A DNA stretch of 64,000 bases, taken from positions 1,550,968 to 1,614,967 of the forward strand of contig CAJFCJ010000009.1 of NCBI GenBank assembly GCA_904063045.1, in the 5' to 3' direction. Below are positions 49,990 through 64,000 of this stretch, piece after piece (within the stretch, counting starts at the first letter, position 1; each line of letters starts with the position of its first letter). A program made the translations under genes and the position numbers. This DNA is from Dimorphilus gyrociliatus. Its lineage: Eukaryota > Animalia > Annelida. Under the pieces are notes generated by a model. The model made no database searches, was not told the origin of the DNA, and worked only from the letters and a program-made list of their open reading frames with translations.

Positions 49990-51724
49990 TCAGAGGAGGC
50001 GTCTACAACAATAGTCTGAAGGCGTTGACACAACATAAAAACTCAGTTGAAATAGAGAGCTCATAGAGAGAGCAACAAAAGTTGAATAGAGAGCTTGATA
50101 GACACAGCTCGCAGCATGAGAATTAGAAATGAGAAAAAGGCAAAGAGACAGAGATAGACAAGGGGGTGGTTAGTTCAATAAGATCGATTTTTATATTATC
50201 TTATAAAGACCATCCGCTTTATTATCAACTCTACTCATTGTCATTGTCTCATAAAATTTCAGTTACAATGTCTTCTTTTCTATCGGCACAAGGCCTACAC
50301 TGCCCCATTCTCTACTTACGAATAATTAGAAAGCGAGCTACATTTTCCCATTGATTCGATATCATGCTCAGTTAAAAGTTTCAAGCTTTTAGGCGTTGGC
50401 GTTCTCTCCATAATGAATAAGAAAATTTTTTTTTTGATTACTCTTTTTTTTTAAATAAAAAAAGAAGATATTCCTTAAATTTCTATAATTTAGAATATTG
50501 TTTTCAAATCATATTATAGCTACAGAAGTTTTATTGTATTGTATAAAACTGTTTCTGTATAAATCAAATATTGACCGGATAAGGCAGGCCGCATAAATCA
50601 ATGAGAAATCAATTTATAAGTTAAACATATCGTTGTGAAGAGACTATTCGATTATTTATACTTACGTATATAAGAGTGTTGAACATATAATACATATAAA
50701 TAGAAATATGTATATATTTATAAAAACTTAAGTATGTTATACATACAATATATACTTTTACCTTTAAACTAATCTACAAGTATACATCTTAGGCTATTGC
50801 AAAAAAACATAAAGTACAAAAAAATTGAGATTGTTACATTTAAATATAATCAATATATCTATTGACATTATCTGTAAAATAATATAAAAGTACAAGCAGA
50901 GAATATAGAAATATACATCCGCTTTTAGGTAGGACTATAATATCTGCGTCTAATAAATCTAAACAGTAAAATACAATGGAAAGAATAGAATAATATATAT
51001 GTACATAAGAGTGTATGTATACATATATTAGTATATATATATATATATATACTGTATATATATATATTCATTATTCATATACATAATGAAGAGTATTCTA
51101 CATGAATTTATATAAAATTTCATAAAGAAACAATTAAGCCCCATATTTTACATTACTTAAGATTAAATCATTTTTATTAAAAAGCATGATTAGAAGATAA
51201 ATTCTCTCTCTTTACTGTACCTTTTTTTTTCTATTGAATATACTATATTATTCCTATTTATTAGCATGAACACTTCGAAAATTTATCTTCCAACTAGAAA
51301 TTTCTTTTTAATAATAAATATATTACTACCTAGTTACTATAGTAATTATCTAAATATAAAAATCAGCTGATAACAGATAATAAAAGTAAAAATAAATTGT
51401 ATCAATTATCTAATATTAATAAGTAAAGCGAAAATTGAAGAGATATTACAAAATTTTCTCACTTTTTCCCAATCATTCAACACTTTTTGTTATCAGAAGA
51501 AAGTTGATCTTGACGCTTCGTACACATATTGTACTAGGTCTATGTACTTAGTAAAGAAATTTAAATTTACTTAACATATTCTTAAAATAGACCACTTTTT
51601 TTTTACCTACTTAAAATAAATTCTAAAAAGTAGTTGTTGAACGGTCGAAAGATTGAATATTTTAACGCTAATTAACGAGAAAAAATCGGACGTAAACTTC
51701 TAAATAAGTTATAAGAGTAATCCG

Positions 51725-51763
51725 TCTCTTTCTCTTTCTCTCTCTCTCTCTCTCTTTCTCTCT
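51725..51763. repeat. Imperfect (CT)n microsatellite
   Basis: Read directly from the sequence. Confidence 0.8.
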
Positions 51764-52141
51764 GTTTTCATAAGCTAAAGAATATACTCTAATCATTATT
51801 TAATTCCATGAAATATAATAAATGCATTTAACTTTGTGATCTTTATGAATAAACATAACTTTTCTTTCTATTTATCATAAATATTTTGGTAAAATTATTA
51901 AAACAGAATATATGTACTGGGGGCTGTATATGTTTTTAATGGCTTCTCATGACAACTGTCTTATAGGCCTATTACAATTTTGAAATTACATTAACCTCTC
52001 ACTCCCCTATATATATATTTGTATATTTGACTCTTCACAAGTCTTCATTGTTTTGATGTTTTCAAAATTTAAATTTATTAAGTAGAAATGTTAAGAATAG
52101 TTGTAATTATTTTCAAGTTTACTTATATAACTTATTCATTA

Positions 52142-54253
52142 GGTTTTGATGGTGAAATTAGTAAGAAAGAGGCAATAGCATTTCTAAGAGATAAAATAGG
52201 AACGGATAAATTAACTGATATATACGATTGGGATGATTATGTAAGAGAACAGAATAATAATAGCGATTTACACTATTATTACAATGCTGGAAGGTATACT
52301 CCAGTCTATATTAAGGTCTATCAAGAGCTAAAGAATTTTCCAAGTATGTAAATAACTTATTAATAACAAAACTTGTTTTTTTTTATATCAAATATAAATA
52401 TAAACAAACAATAAGTAAACAAATAAGTAATTTAATATATAGTATTTCTAATATCTATACTGTGTAGGCTATTTAAAGACTATATGATTTAGAATAAGTG
52501 TTAGTTATTATTCCTTATAAGGAGCGGCTTATGGTAGGCCAAGTCTAACTCATGATGAAAAACTTAAGGATCCTTATGGACAATTAATGCATTCAAGAGA
52601 TTTTCTCCCCTTTTATATGATAAAAGTTATTAAAGAGAACTCGAAAAAATTCGATCCTGCTGCTAAAGTATGATATTTTGTTTGTACTAAGAATTAATAA
52701 TAATAATATTTACCCTAATTAAATAATTAATTAATTAGCATACTGATAAAAATATTATACATAGTATTATTCAATCAACTTTAAACTCGAAAAAAATACA
52801 ACCATTCCAGAAAACTGGAGAACTAATTGTTTGTCATTGTAAAACTATCATTTTAGTTATTCATTAGTAATCAATTAATTATTTTACCTTTTAAGTCACT
52901 CGTGATTAATTATTATTACTGTCTAATGATTATTTCCGGAGATAACAAGCTTAAGATAGAGAATGCAATATGTCCTAGTAAGAACTAGTTACATTTAAAA
53001 AGAACAACCAATTTATGGACAAACGTTAACACTAACTCTTTTCTTCTTTAAGATCCTTGTATGAATCCACAAGCCTGTAGAGCCGGCTCATTACTTATAC
53101 CTTTGAAATGTATAAAGACAAAGGTAGACATATTTGAAGCTAGTAATGATTGGGAAAAAGAGAATCCTGATATTACTGCGTAAGTTTGTTATTTCATTTA
53201 AACTATTCTTTTGATTAAGAATGGATTACATGTCCTTCCACTAGTTAAAAAACTATTTAATCCTTAAATCCTTTTCTTTACTTATCATTGATTATTTGAG
53301 TTTGTTAGTCATCACTTTAATTATTTATTGAATAGAAAATTATGAATTTCATAAATTGTCCATAATTTTCTCTTTTTTTATGATTTATATTGTTAGCTTA
53401 CATAAAAAATTATGGAATTTTGGTAGAATATGTAAATGTCCTGATGGATTTACATACGATGATAAAGTTGGTTGCAAAAGCCAAAAGTCATGTTCAGAAT
53501 ATGTTAAAAATAACATTTGCCCCGATGCTATTAACTGTTTTGTTGGCTCTAATAATGAAACAATTTGTAAATGTCCACCTTATAGGCAAGGAAGAACTTG
53601 TAAATCTTTAAGAGATCCTTGTGATAAGTCTTTTAAAGATATATTTAACCCTGACGAACCATTTCAAAAGTGCGGCAATCACAAGTGTTTAAGTGATAGA
53701 CATAATCCTACTTACGGTTATAGATGCGACTGTAGGGATGGGTTTATTTCAATGACTCTAAATAAACTTGGAGTTGAAATAGGTCCTCATTGCTCTGATA
53801 TAGATGAATGCGAAGTTGGCGTTTTAGAAACCGAAGCTTGCAACGGACTCGTAAGCTTTTTTTGATATATACAGTATAAAAGTAAACGCCATCTAGCGTT
53901 TTGTTTTGAATCACCTATAGGGAACTTGCGTAAACGAATATGGATCTTATAGCTGTTATTGTCAGAAAGGTTATGTAGGTAGAACGTGTAACTTAAGAGT
54001 GGCTGATGAAAAATTAAATAACTGGATTGGTTGGTCTTCATGGTCTAAATGCACTAAAAGTTGTGGAGTTGGTATAAAGAAACAATATAAACTTTGCCCA
54101 AAGAATAGAAGATGCTCACTTAGCAGTCAAATTGTAATGAGGGAGCAGAATTGCAACGTGAAAGAATGCCCTCTAACATTAGGACCAAAGACTGGTCTTG
54201 GTAAGAAATTGGGAATAAATATGAATCAATTTAAAGAAAAAACTGTAAGTTAA
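52142..54253 (+). CDS. Extracellular protein with EGF/cbEGF domains and a C-terminal TSP1 repeat; multi-exon, 5' end uncertain
   Basis: CKCPDGF, CKCPPYRQGRTC, DIDECE...GTCVNEYGSYSCYCQKGYVGRTC (calcium-binding EGF), then WSSWSKCTKSCGVG (TSR). TAA at 54251-54253. Confidence 0.7.
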
Positions 54254-55531
54254 ACACCTAAATCGACTATATTTTAAAAAATTCATATTTTACAATAATA
54301 AGAGAATCAAATATGATTTTATGGATACAATTGACCTAAATCCACAAAAATACGATATAGCCGAAGAGGAAGAATACTATAAAGAAGATTACAACTATAT
54401 AAATATACCAAATAATCTTTCATCATATCTTCAAATACCGTCTATAAAAGCGTTACTTTTTACATCATTTCAATTGTTTTATATAAATAATAATGAAAAC
54501 GTTAATTTGTTTGCATTTTTCATAATTTTGTATTGAATTTTTTTAATGTTTTTTTAAAATAGTATCTTTTTTCAAGCTTTCAGAAAAATAACACAACGTT
54601 AATAGTTCATTATCAAACATTTTCTCACAGTTAACTCAGCAACTGCAACATCATTATCATTATCGAGATTTTATTGGTCACCATATAAAAAAAATGGATC
54701 ATATATTTTATAAAATCTCGAACAAAATATTAAAGAATGAAATCAATTAGTATTGGCATAAAATAATAACTATATTAGATTTTATAGTTATTATCTCTTG
54801 AATAATAAGTTTTAGAGAGTACCTTCAAAATTACAAAAACATATTACATCACCCATTTTACATTTGTTTATATAATAGGGCTCATACTGTAATATTTTTG
54901 TTCTTGTTTAAGACTAATACTGCATGGAAGATTTATCATATAGAACAATTTATATGATAAATTGTAAAAGTTATTGATTTCATACTTTATAGATGATGAC
55001 AATTTCCGTTACAAATTACTTCATGGAAGTCTAAAAGAGAAAGTTCATTTTGGAGGAAAATCATCTAATAAATGATTTTTTTTTGTTATTAAAACAATAA
55101 ATTATTCTTCATTTAAAAGATGATTTTTCAATCCGTAAAGTTAAAAATAGATTAATCAAAAAAATCTGTTAGAAGATATTTTTTACATATAACAAAATTT
55201 TCAGCAAAATAGCTTCATGTTTTTAATGTATATATATATATAAAAAATATCAACTTCTTAAAAGACTTGTGCTTTTAACGTCTAGAGAAGAATACAATAT
55301 CTTCCCTAACCTCAAAAGTTTTTTGTAATAAGTATTCGAGACGTCTTTTTAAAATCGAGGTAGAAAATAGGTAGTAATCAGGTGGGATAATTCTTTAAAA
55401 AGTAGTCAATTACTCTCCTATTCACAAGTTCTTTTTTAATAATGGAGTTATATATACTTTAAACTAATAATTTTTGTTATATAGGTGCAAAACTACTTAG
55501 TATGAAAATTTATACTTGTATCAATTTCATT

Positions 55532-58500
55532 TTAGACGGTCATTAGACCGAGAAAGGATGAAAGTGTCGCTATAAGAGATGCGAACCCTATTATCATCCA
55601 ATTCGACCTAATTGTTCCAGCCTTGGCAGAAAATCCATTCAATATTTCCTTATTACATTTGTCAGTTGTACAGCATTTTCGGCATTCCTTCTTTCCATTG
55701 GCAGTTTGACAATTTTCAGCTTTATTTATTGAAGTACAATCGCTTGAATTGAAGCATCCTCGTGAATGTTCAATTACGTTATTTTCTTCGTATCTGTACA
55801 TCCAACAAGTTTGACCAAGACCCGGTATACAAAGACTGGCAGTTTCATTAGATTGGGACGGTGGTGTCTTACATTCTGTTGATCTATTACAGTAGAAGCA
55901 ATTAATTCCGCATTGCGTTTTTTCCAAAGTAGGTGAAAAACCAGCAGAACATTTGGAACATTCAATTGGTCTGTCTTCGCAAGCTTGACAATCTTTCAAG
56001 TCCGAGCAAGGCAAACATGTTTTGTGATCGTCCTTAAGACCGAAACCAGATTTACAGCTTAAACATTTTCCTTTTCCTGTAGCATCAGCACCAGTGCAAG
56101 TGGAGCATTCAACTACTGCTGTTAAATCTTGGCATAGCGAGCATCCTTTCTCTGCGTTAATTCCATAGCCAGATAAACATTTGTTACATTCAGCTTTGCC
56201 ATTTTTGTACGAACAACTCATGCAATTTGATGGACATTTTGTGCAAGTTTTGGCAGTGTTCACTGTATAACCAGCATCACATTGAGAACAATGAGATTGC
56301 TTGTTAACTCTACTGCAAACAGCACAATTATCAGGGCAGGCAGAACAGGTTTTCACTTCATTTAGAATGTATCTGGCTTGACACTCGGAGCATTTCAATC
56401 CTTGACCTGATTCTTCGGAGCATTTCACACAGTATTTTGGGCATCTAGCGCAACTAGCTTCTTGTAAAGTAAATTCAGAGTTACATTCAGTACAGATAAG
56501 AATTCCATTCGTTTCTGGACATTTTCTGCAGTTATCAGGGCATTTATAACATTTCTTGTCATTGACTCTTAAGCCGTAAGTTGCATCGCATTTGTCTGTC
56601 TTACATTCTGTTTTTCCTCCAGTTGCATAATCACATTCAAAGCAGTTGTCAGGACACTTCATGCATGTTTTATCAGTTGTTGTAAGAGCGTATCTAGAGT
56701 TGCATCTCGATGTCTTACATTCAGTTTTACTAGTATCAGAATTGAAAGTACATTCAATGCAGTTATCGGGACATTTCATGCAAGTTTTGTCAGTTTTAAG
56801 AGCATAGGTAGAATCGCATCCACTAGAACTGCAACCAGTCTGTCCAGTTCCAGTAAGAGTGCATGTGTGACAGTTCGCTGGGCAAGCTTTAAAGACAAAT
56901 ACACTTTAACTTATACTGTAAGCAATAATTTAGCTCTCAATTAACTTACCGTAACAAACTTTATCTGATGCTTGTAAGGCAAATCTCGCCACACATTGGG
57001 TACATTCCAATTTTCCATTGCAAGCTAAGCAATTTTGTGGACAATCTATAAAAAATTTTCGAATGTTATTTGTTTAATTTGTTCCTTTTCTATTATAGTT
57101 ATGATCTTACTTCCGCATTGTGAATCAGAATCCTTAACAGCTTGTTTAGATGGGCATGTTCCAACAACGCATTTTGGTGTGTCTGGATTAACAGAGTCAA
57201 AAGTACAGGATGTGCAAGTATTACATTTGACGCAGGTTTTTTGATCGTTTCCTGGATTCTGGGTGTAACCAGCTTTACATTGATTATCATTACATTTGGT
57301 CTTTGAGATGCCGGTGTCATAGACACAAGATAGACAATTTTCTGGGCATACTACACAAGTTTTAGTGTCATCTTTCATTGCGTAACCAGCTTTGCAGACG
57401 GTACAAGTCGATGTACCATCGGTTGCAATGTCACAGTTCTTACAACCATCGGAACAAGCATAGCATAATCTATCATTGTATTTAAGTCCATAACCATCTT
57501 CACATTTTTGGTCGAAACATGTCGTTGTATCTGAACAATGCTTGCAGTTGGTAGTACAACCAGAACAGGTTCCAACAGCTCCACTTGTAATACTATAATA
57601 ATCCATCCTGCATGCTCCAGTATAACATTTTGAACCAGACGTAGCTGTATCGTAAAAACAATCAGCGCATCCAGCAGGGCAAGCTATACAGGTTTTATCA
57701 TTTGGATTTTGTACATATCCAGAATCGCATTGTTGAATGTTACAAACAGATTGAGATGACTGCCAGCTGCACTTGGCACAGCTGCTAGGGCAACTATTGC
57801 AAGATTTATCAGCCGAATTCATAACGTAACGATCCATGCAAGTACTACACTTTGTCCATGATGAAGATTGTGTATAAGTGCACGATTTACAGTTAGTTGG
57901 GCAACTATAACAAGAGAGGTCACTTAATTGAGTATAGGCGCTGTCACATTGGCCAGATAAACATCCCATCATATTTGTTGTTGTTGAAATAGAACATTGT
58001 TTGCATCCAGTGTAACATTCTACAGTGGAGTGAAAGATAATGAAATTAATTTTTCTATAAATGAAAATAATTCTCTTGTACTTACTAAGACAAGTATTTC
58101 CTGTAACTTCCTGATAAGTACCAAAACATTTACCACTGTCACAGATATTAGTTCCAGATGAATCAGTACATTCTTCACATCCAACAGGGCATGCTGTACA
58201 AGTACCGTCAGATGGTCTTCCCATTAATTTGTTGCATCCATATTTACCGCACTTTTTAGCGCCATTGTGATAATAGCATGTCTCACAATTACTTTGGCAG
58301 GCTGAAAATAGATATTACTTTTTCAGATTTCAATAAGAATATTCTAAAAAACTTACCTGTGCATGTATTATCTGTTGTACTTTGGACATAGCCATGCATA
58401 CAGAATCCAGACAAACAATAGCTGGTTGAATCATCATTATTAACTCCGCAATGTAAACAACCAGCAGGACAGTTGACACAGGTTCCATCTCGTTTCATAG

Positions 58501-61500
58501 CTTGGTTCGATCCACAAGTAGTAGCTAGTTTGTAAAATGGAAAAATTAGTTATATATTCTTATTGTTTTTTTTAAGCGCAATCATACCTTTGCAGGTTTG
58601 AGATGATGCTTCATAAACGTAACCAACATTACAAGCATTGCTGTTACATTTTCCTGCTACACTGCAAGCACTGCAGTGTGCATCACATTCTGTAAGATAA
58701 AAATTGATCAAAATTGAACCTTTTACAAGAGTTATTTCCCCCTAACTTACGTTGACAAGTACTATCAGTATGCAAGAAATAACCGGTTGTACATTGGTTT
58801 GCATTACATTGTCCAGCAGTTGTACATTGGCCAGTGTTACAATTTGCGTGACATCCTTCACAATTAAAGGATCCAGTAAGGAAATAGTTGGTCATACACT
58901 TTCCATCATTACATTTTCCAGCGAATCTTCCACTAGCATCACATTCATGAGGTTGGCACTTATTATGGCATTCTATTATAGTATGATACCAATTAAACAT
59001 GATATTTTCCATACAGAAAAAAATGAGTACTCACGAACACAAGTATGACTGGACTCATCATATATGTAACCATTCTTACACATATCTCTATCGCATTTAC
59101 CTTCTCCCATTTTATCACAATATATGCAATTAGAGGCGCATTGTCCACATGTCTTATCTGTTTTTCTTCCATAATTGGAGTTACATTTTCCTTCGTCACA
59201 CTTTCCTGCTCCTTCGGTGTCGCAAGAGGCACAGTTGTCGGCACATTCTGAAAATCAATTATTCTCATTAGCTTTTTTTAAATAGTATAAAAAGTTTCTA
59301 CTAACTTGAACAGGTACTTTCATCAACCCAAACATATCCAGACATGCACATATGCTTATCGCATTTTCCTGATCCTTCTCTATCACATCTCTTACAATTG
59401 GATGCACAGCCTAGTAGATTGAAAGAGTTGTATGTTTTTATATGTAAAAGTTTATTATTAAAATAATACTTACTGCTTGTACAAGCAAAGGAATTGCCGG
59501 CATGATTTGCATGAGTTTTTCCATCAATACACATCCAATCGTCGCATGCACCACCTCTTCCACTTGCAATACATTTATTAGTTTGACAGTTTCCATCGCA
59601 GTTTGCTACGCAGACACGATTAGTATGATCGAAGAATTGTCCCGACGGACAATAGCCATAGTTGCATTTCGATGCAGCAACGCATTCACCTTGACTATTT
59701 GTTGCAATGCATCCGCTTTGACAAGCTGAATAATAATTTCAATGAAATAATGAAATAAGTATTTTTCACAGTTTATACTCACTGATAGTGCAAGTGTGTT
59801 TATCAGTATTATCGATTCCCTTATTGTTACTGCATGTTAAACAATCATTATCTGCCGCACAGGTCGTACAGTCAGTGGGACAAGCTAGCAAACAATCGAT
59901 ATTTTTATCAAATTTTCTAAATTTTTATTAAGAGCCTTACTTGCACATGTTCCATCAGCAACACCAGTTGGATCAGAATGATATTCATTTGCAGCGCAAC
60001 TAAGGCAGTTACCAGCTGCTCCCGCGCTACAAGTTGTGCAGCTTGGATCGCAAGCTAATTAAAAAATCGTAATTTAAAAAATGTCTATCAGAATCTAGAC
60101 TCAGATATCGCCATACCTGCACAGGTTCCTTCGGCTCCAGGAGTATCATGAAAATTTTTTGCAGGACACGTCAAACACTTGTCTGCTCCAGTTTGAGCGC
60201 AAGTTGCACAACTGCCAGTACAGTCTGTGAATGAAACTCTTGTAAATGCCACAATATATTATTATAATCGTCTATTAACGTATACCTGTACATGCTCCAG
60301 CAGCTCCGTCGTTAGTAGCGTGAAATTTACCATCTATACAAGTTCTACAGTTAGAAGCTCCAGCAGCAGTGCAAGTTTTACAGTCGCTATGGCAAGCTAA
60401 AAATAAAATTGTTATGAAAAAATTCATTTGCTGTTATTTTTTTAAATACCTGTGCAAGTTCCTTCTTGCCCAGATTGAACAGACAGAAATTTGTCCGAAG
60501 CGCAAGTTAAACATTTATTTGCATTTCCACCTTCGCTACAAGTCGCACAACTACTATCACAAGCTGAAAATGATTATTAATTATTACAAAGATTTGCTGC
60601 AAAATAAAGCAATTCAATTACCAGTGCATGTTCCATCAACGCCAGGATTATTACTTTTCACAGAGTTAGTAGGGCAGGTCAAACATTTGCTAGCATCTGC
60701 AGGTGCGCTACAAGTTGCACAAGTAGAATCACAATCTGTAAAAGAAATAGACTTTTACTATTTATTAAACGAATTAATACAATTAATTACTTGTGCATGT
60801 TCCATCTGATCCAGGAGCACTATGGGCCTTTCCACTCGGGCAAGTTAAACACTTACTAGCACTACCCCCTTCACTACATGTTGCACAAGAGGCATCGCAA
60901 GCTGTAAATTATAAAATTTATGTGATGTATCTTATATTCTAATTCTAATAAATGATAAAATACCTGTACAATATCCGGCCGTTGAAGATACTTTTGTTAA
61001 AATAGCATTACTAGGACATGTCAAACACTTATCGCTGTCACCGCCTTTTTCACATTTTGCACAAGTAGAATGGCATTCTTTATTTTAAAAAAAAAGAAAA
61101 AATATTACTTTTGATTACTTAGACTTTATGCTTTTGATAAACAGATACAAACTTGTACAAGTTCCATCATTTCCGCTAACAACTTCAAAAACGTAATTAC
61201 TAGCACAGGTTCGACATTTTGCTCTATCTTTGGTCGCCGAGCAGGTTAGGCAAGTTGGATGACATTCTAACAAGAAAAATAAATATATTATGTATTATTT
61301 TTTTTATGAAAAGATTTTAAAAAATTGAAAATTTACTTGTACAAGTTCCGGGATCTCCAGTTTGAAGCCAGCCACTGAAGCACGACTTACAATCATTCGA
61401 TGTTGCACCATCACATGTCTTACACGAAAAGTGACATGCTGAAACGAGAAGATATAAGTCAAAATTAATTTTCGAATTATTATATACATACGTGTACAAG

Positions 61501-64000
61501 TTCCTTCTGCAAGGTCAGATGTTGATTTTTTATAAGAATCTCTACATGTTCTGCATTTCGAAGCTTCGTTTGTCGTGCTACAAGTTGCGCAAGAATGATG
61601 ACAAGCTATTGAAAGAGTAATTATCTAGAATATATAAATATTTCACTTATAATAACTAGTTACCCAGGCATTTTCCAAATGCGTCCCCACTATTTTGAAT
61701 ACTGTAAGTTAATCCGGGTAAGCATGATGTACAGTGAGCGTCACTACCCGACTGCGCGCAAGTCAAGCAGGCTGCATTACATGCTGTGCATTCTCCTGTA
61801 ACGCCTACCGCAGCAAGACCATATCCAAGTTTACAAGTTGTACATTTAGTGGCATCAGCAGCATCAGTGCAAGTTGCACAATTGCCACTACAACCGGCTA
61901 TTCAGAAAAAAATTGTTTAATCATTACTTTGAATATACCTGAACTACAGATAAGTTATTAGTCGAATTGAGTAAAATACTGACTTGTACAGTAAAAGTCG
62001 CCACTAGTAGCTGAGGCAATTCGACCAGCTACGCACGATCTACATTTATCAGCTCCAGAGGCACTACACGTTTTACATCCAGCAGTACATGCTTTAAAAA
62101 GAGTTTTACTTTTAGTAATAGCCTAACGAGTTTCTTATGAAGTTCTACCTGAACAGGTGTTTCCATCGAGAAAAAATCCATCGTTACATTGACCAGCGTT
62201 ACACTGGCTAGCAGTTGTACATTGCTTAGCTTTGCAGTTGGAGTCGCAAGCTTAAAAATTGCATTTAGTGTAATTAATATAAATCATAATTTTATTGCGT
62301 TGGAAAATTTTTGGATTTACTTACCAATACACATCTTTGAAGAACTATCATAACCTTGAGGTGATGGACAATAAGCGGCTCCGTCACATTTTCCTACTCC
62401 TTCTACTGAACATTTCGTGCAGCCAGTTTGACAAGCTTCGCAGGCCCTTGTTGATGGATTCATTGCATAACCAGCAGTACACTTTCCATCATCACATTTA
62501 TTATTTCCTCTAATGTCACAATTGTTGCAATTGGTTTCACAAGCTATATTATTAAATTTAAAACTTATTTAACGGGTAATCAATATAAACTTTATAACTT
62601 ACGAACGCAACTTGTATCACTAGCTCTCTGGAATTTTGGTTTACAGGTTGTACATTTAGCTTTATCAGCTTGACAGTCACCACAGTTTGTGACATCGCAG
62701 GCTAAAACATTTGAAAAGTAGTTAATTATTTTTGTAGTACAAAAGCTAAAAAAATTAAAATACGTTCGCAAGTAAAATCACTCTTTCTTCTGTATCCAAG
62801 CTGGCATTTACCAATATCGCATTTTCCCACTCCATTTGCTTCGCAAATATCACAGCCACCAGAACAGGCTTCACATGTATGATCGGATTTGTACCTTTTT
62901 GTAATAATACATTTATTTTTGTCGCATTTTCCAGCTCCTCCACTTGCTCCTTGGGTAGCACATTGACCTGATTCACAACTTGCATGGCATGCTGTTTGGG
63001 TTATACAATAAAATGAAATAGTGCTACTAAATTTAACTTCTGGAATAGAAATCGGCTGTCTTACCAACGCATGTTTGGTCGCTGGTTTTGTACACATAGG
63101 GAGATGAACATTGTCCTGCATTACATTTATTTTCCGCGGTACACTGACCAGAGTTACAGTTAGTATCACAAACTGAAAAATAGAAGCTTTTGTTAACAGT
63201 ATTCACAAGTTTGATATACGAAATTACCTTTGCAGGTGCTGGTACCAGAATCAAAGAAGGTATTTCCAATACACTGACCAGACATACATTTTCCAGCCTC
63301 AGTACATCTTGAACAATGAGTGGCTTGACAAGCTGAACAGGTTTGGGAACCCGAAACATATGCGTATCCATTTTCACATCCGTCAGAATCACATTTTGTT
63401 CCACTGCTGATGGTGTTGCATTTTAGGCAGTTGCTACTACATCCGATGCAGGTTAAACCATCACTACTCCTTCTAAAACGCTGAGCACAACCTCTATCCA
63501 GACATTTTCCAGTTGTATCGCATTTAATACAGTTACTTGGACAAGCAACACAAGCTCCGGAATTATAAGCATATCCATGTTTACATTTGTTAGAATCACA
63601 GGTAGCAGCCGATTCGTCAGAATTCATGGAACATCTAGCGCAACCTGCAGGACATGCAAAGCAACTCCTGTCTCTCTTTTGTGTGTATCCCGGTTTGCAT
63701 CCTCCTGGTTTGCATTCAGTATTATCTGTTCCAGTAACTTGTGTACAGTGATCACAATTACTTGGACAAGCCAAACAAATCAGATTATTGTCTTTAACTT
63801 GATATCCCAATTTACATTTATCACATTTCGCAGCACCCAAAGAAGCGCAAGTTTCACAGTTGGCTCTATCTGCGCATTCATCACAGGCCGTATTGTCAGC
63901 TTTCTTTTTGTAACCGGGCAGACAAGTATCGCATTTGCCTGGTCCATTCGTAGCACAGGTCAGGCAGTTTGAGGTGCAAGCTTCGCATAATTTTGTTCCA
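55532..64000 (-). CDS. Large furin-like (FU/CxxC) repeat surface protein with terminal Ly6/uPAR-like domain and GPI-type tail; 5' end outside window
   Basis: Dozens of CPxNCxxC / CHxSCxTC repeats over many exons. The last exon has CFYC...TCW...SRGC...CRKCCTTDKCN followed by small residues and a hydrophobic end (WMIIGFASLIATLSSFLGLMTV). Confidence 0.85.

Noticed and set aside
50000-52100. Long AT-rich gap as a possible ncRNA or mobile element
   Set aside because: Only low-complexity TA/CT tracts; no structured RNA or terminal repeats that I could support.
55774-63972. Alternative-frame and antisense ORFs over the FU-repeat gene
   Set aside because: By-products of the repetitive Cys-rich coding sequence.

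Overview
AT-rich, gene-dense animal DNA with very short (~55-70 bp) GT-AG introns. It resembles a miniaturised invertebrate genome, possibly an annelid such as Dimorphilus, but the species is an inference and was not checked. The main feature is a 35 kb minus-strand nuclear-receptor (NR) locus (3647-39130). The ORF track makes it look like 24 tandem truncated NR genes. The sequence fits one gene better. A single 5' coding exon (39130-38916) encodes an acidic A/B region plus the first two cysteines of zinc finger 1 (CQVCGGPSSG) and ends in a phase-2 donor, GG|GTATGT. Downstream lie 24 intronless ~1.1 kb terminal cassettes plus one remnant. Each starts at a polypyrimidine-AG acceptor exactly 1 nt before (F/Y/L/I)HYG and encodes the rest of the DBD, the hinge and a whole divergent LBD. 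All 24 cassettes are 3n+1 nt long. Joining the shared exon to any of them restores Gly and the canonical C-x2-C-x13-C-x2-C finger. Spacers are as short as 100 bp, and I saw no CxxC exon in those I read. This is a lola/mod(mdg4)-type architecture (constant 5' exon, many alternative 3' exons) applied to a nuclear receptor, and I know of no described case. Flanking genes: GEMIN6 (partial, -), a small basic ORF (+), a SOCS-box protein (+), CFAP20DC (+, head-to-head with the shared NR exon), a TSP1-repeat protein (-), ENO4 (+), an orphan (-), an EGF/TSP1 protein (+), and a large furin-like CxxC-repeat protein ending in a Ly6/uPAR-like domain and a GPI-type tail (-, runs off the window). Cassettes are numbered C1-C24 by ascending coordinate, so C24 is nearest the shared exon. 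No database searches were run.
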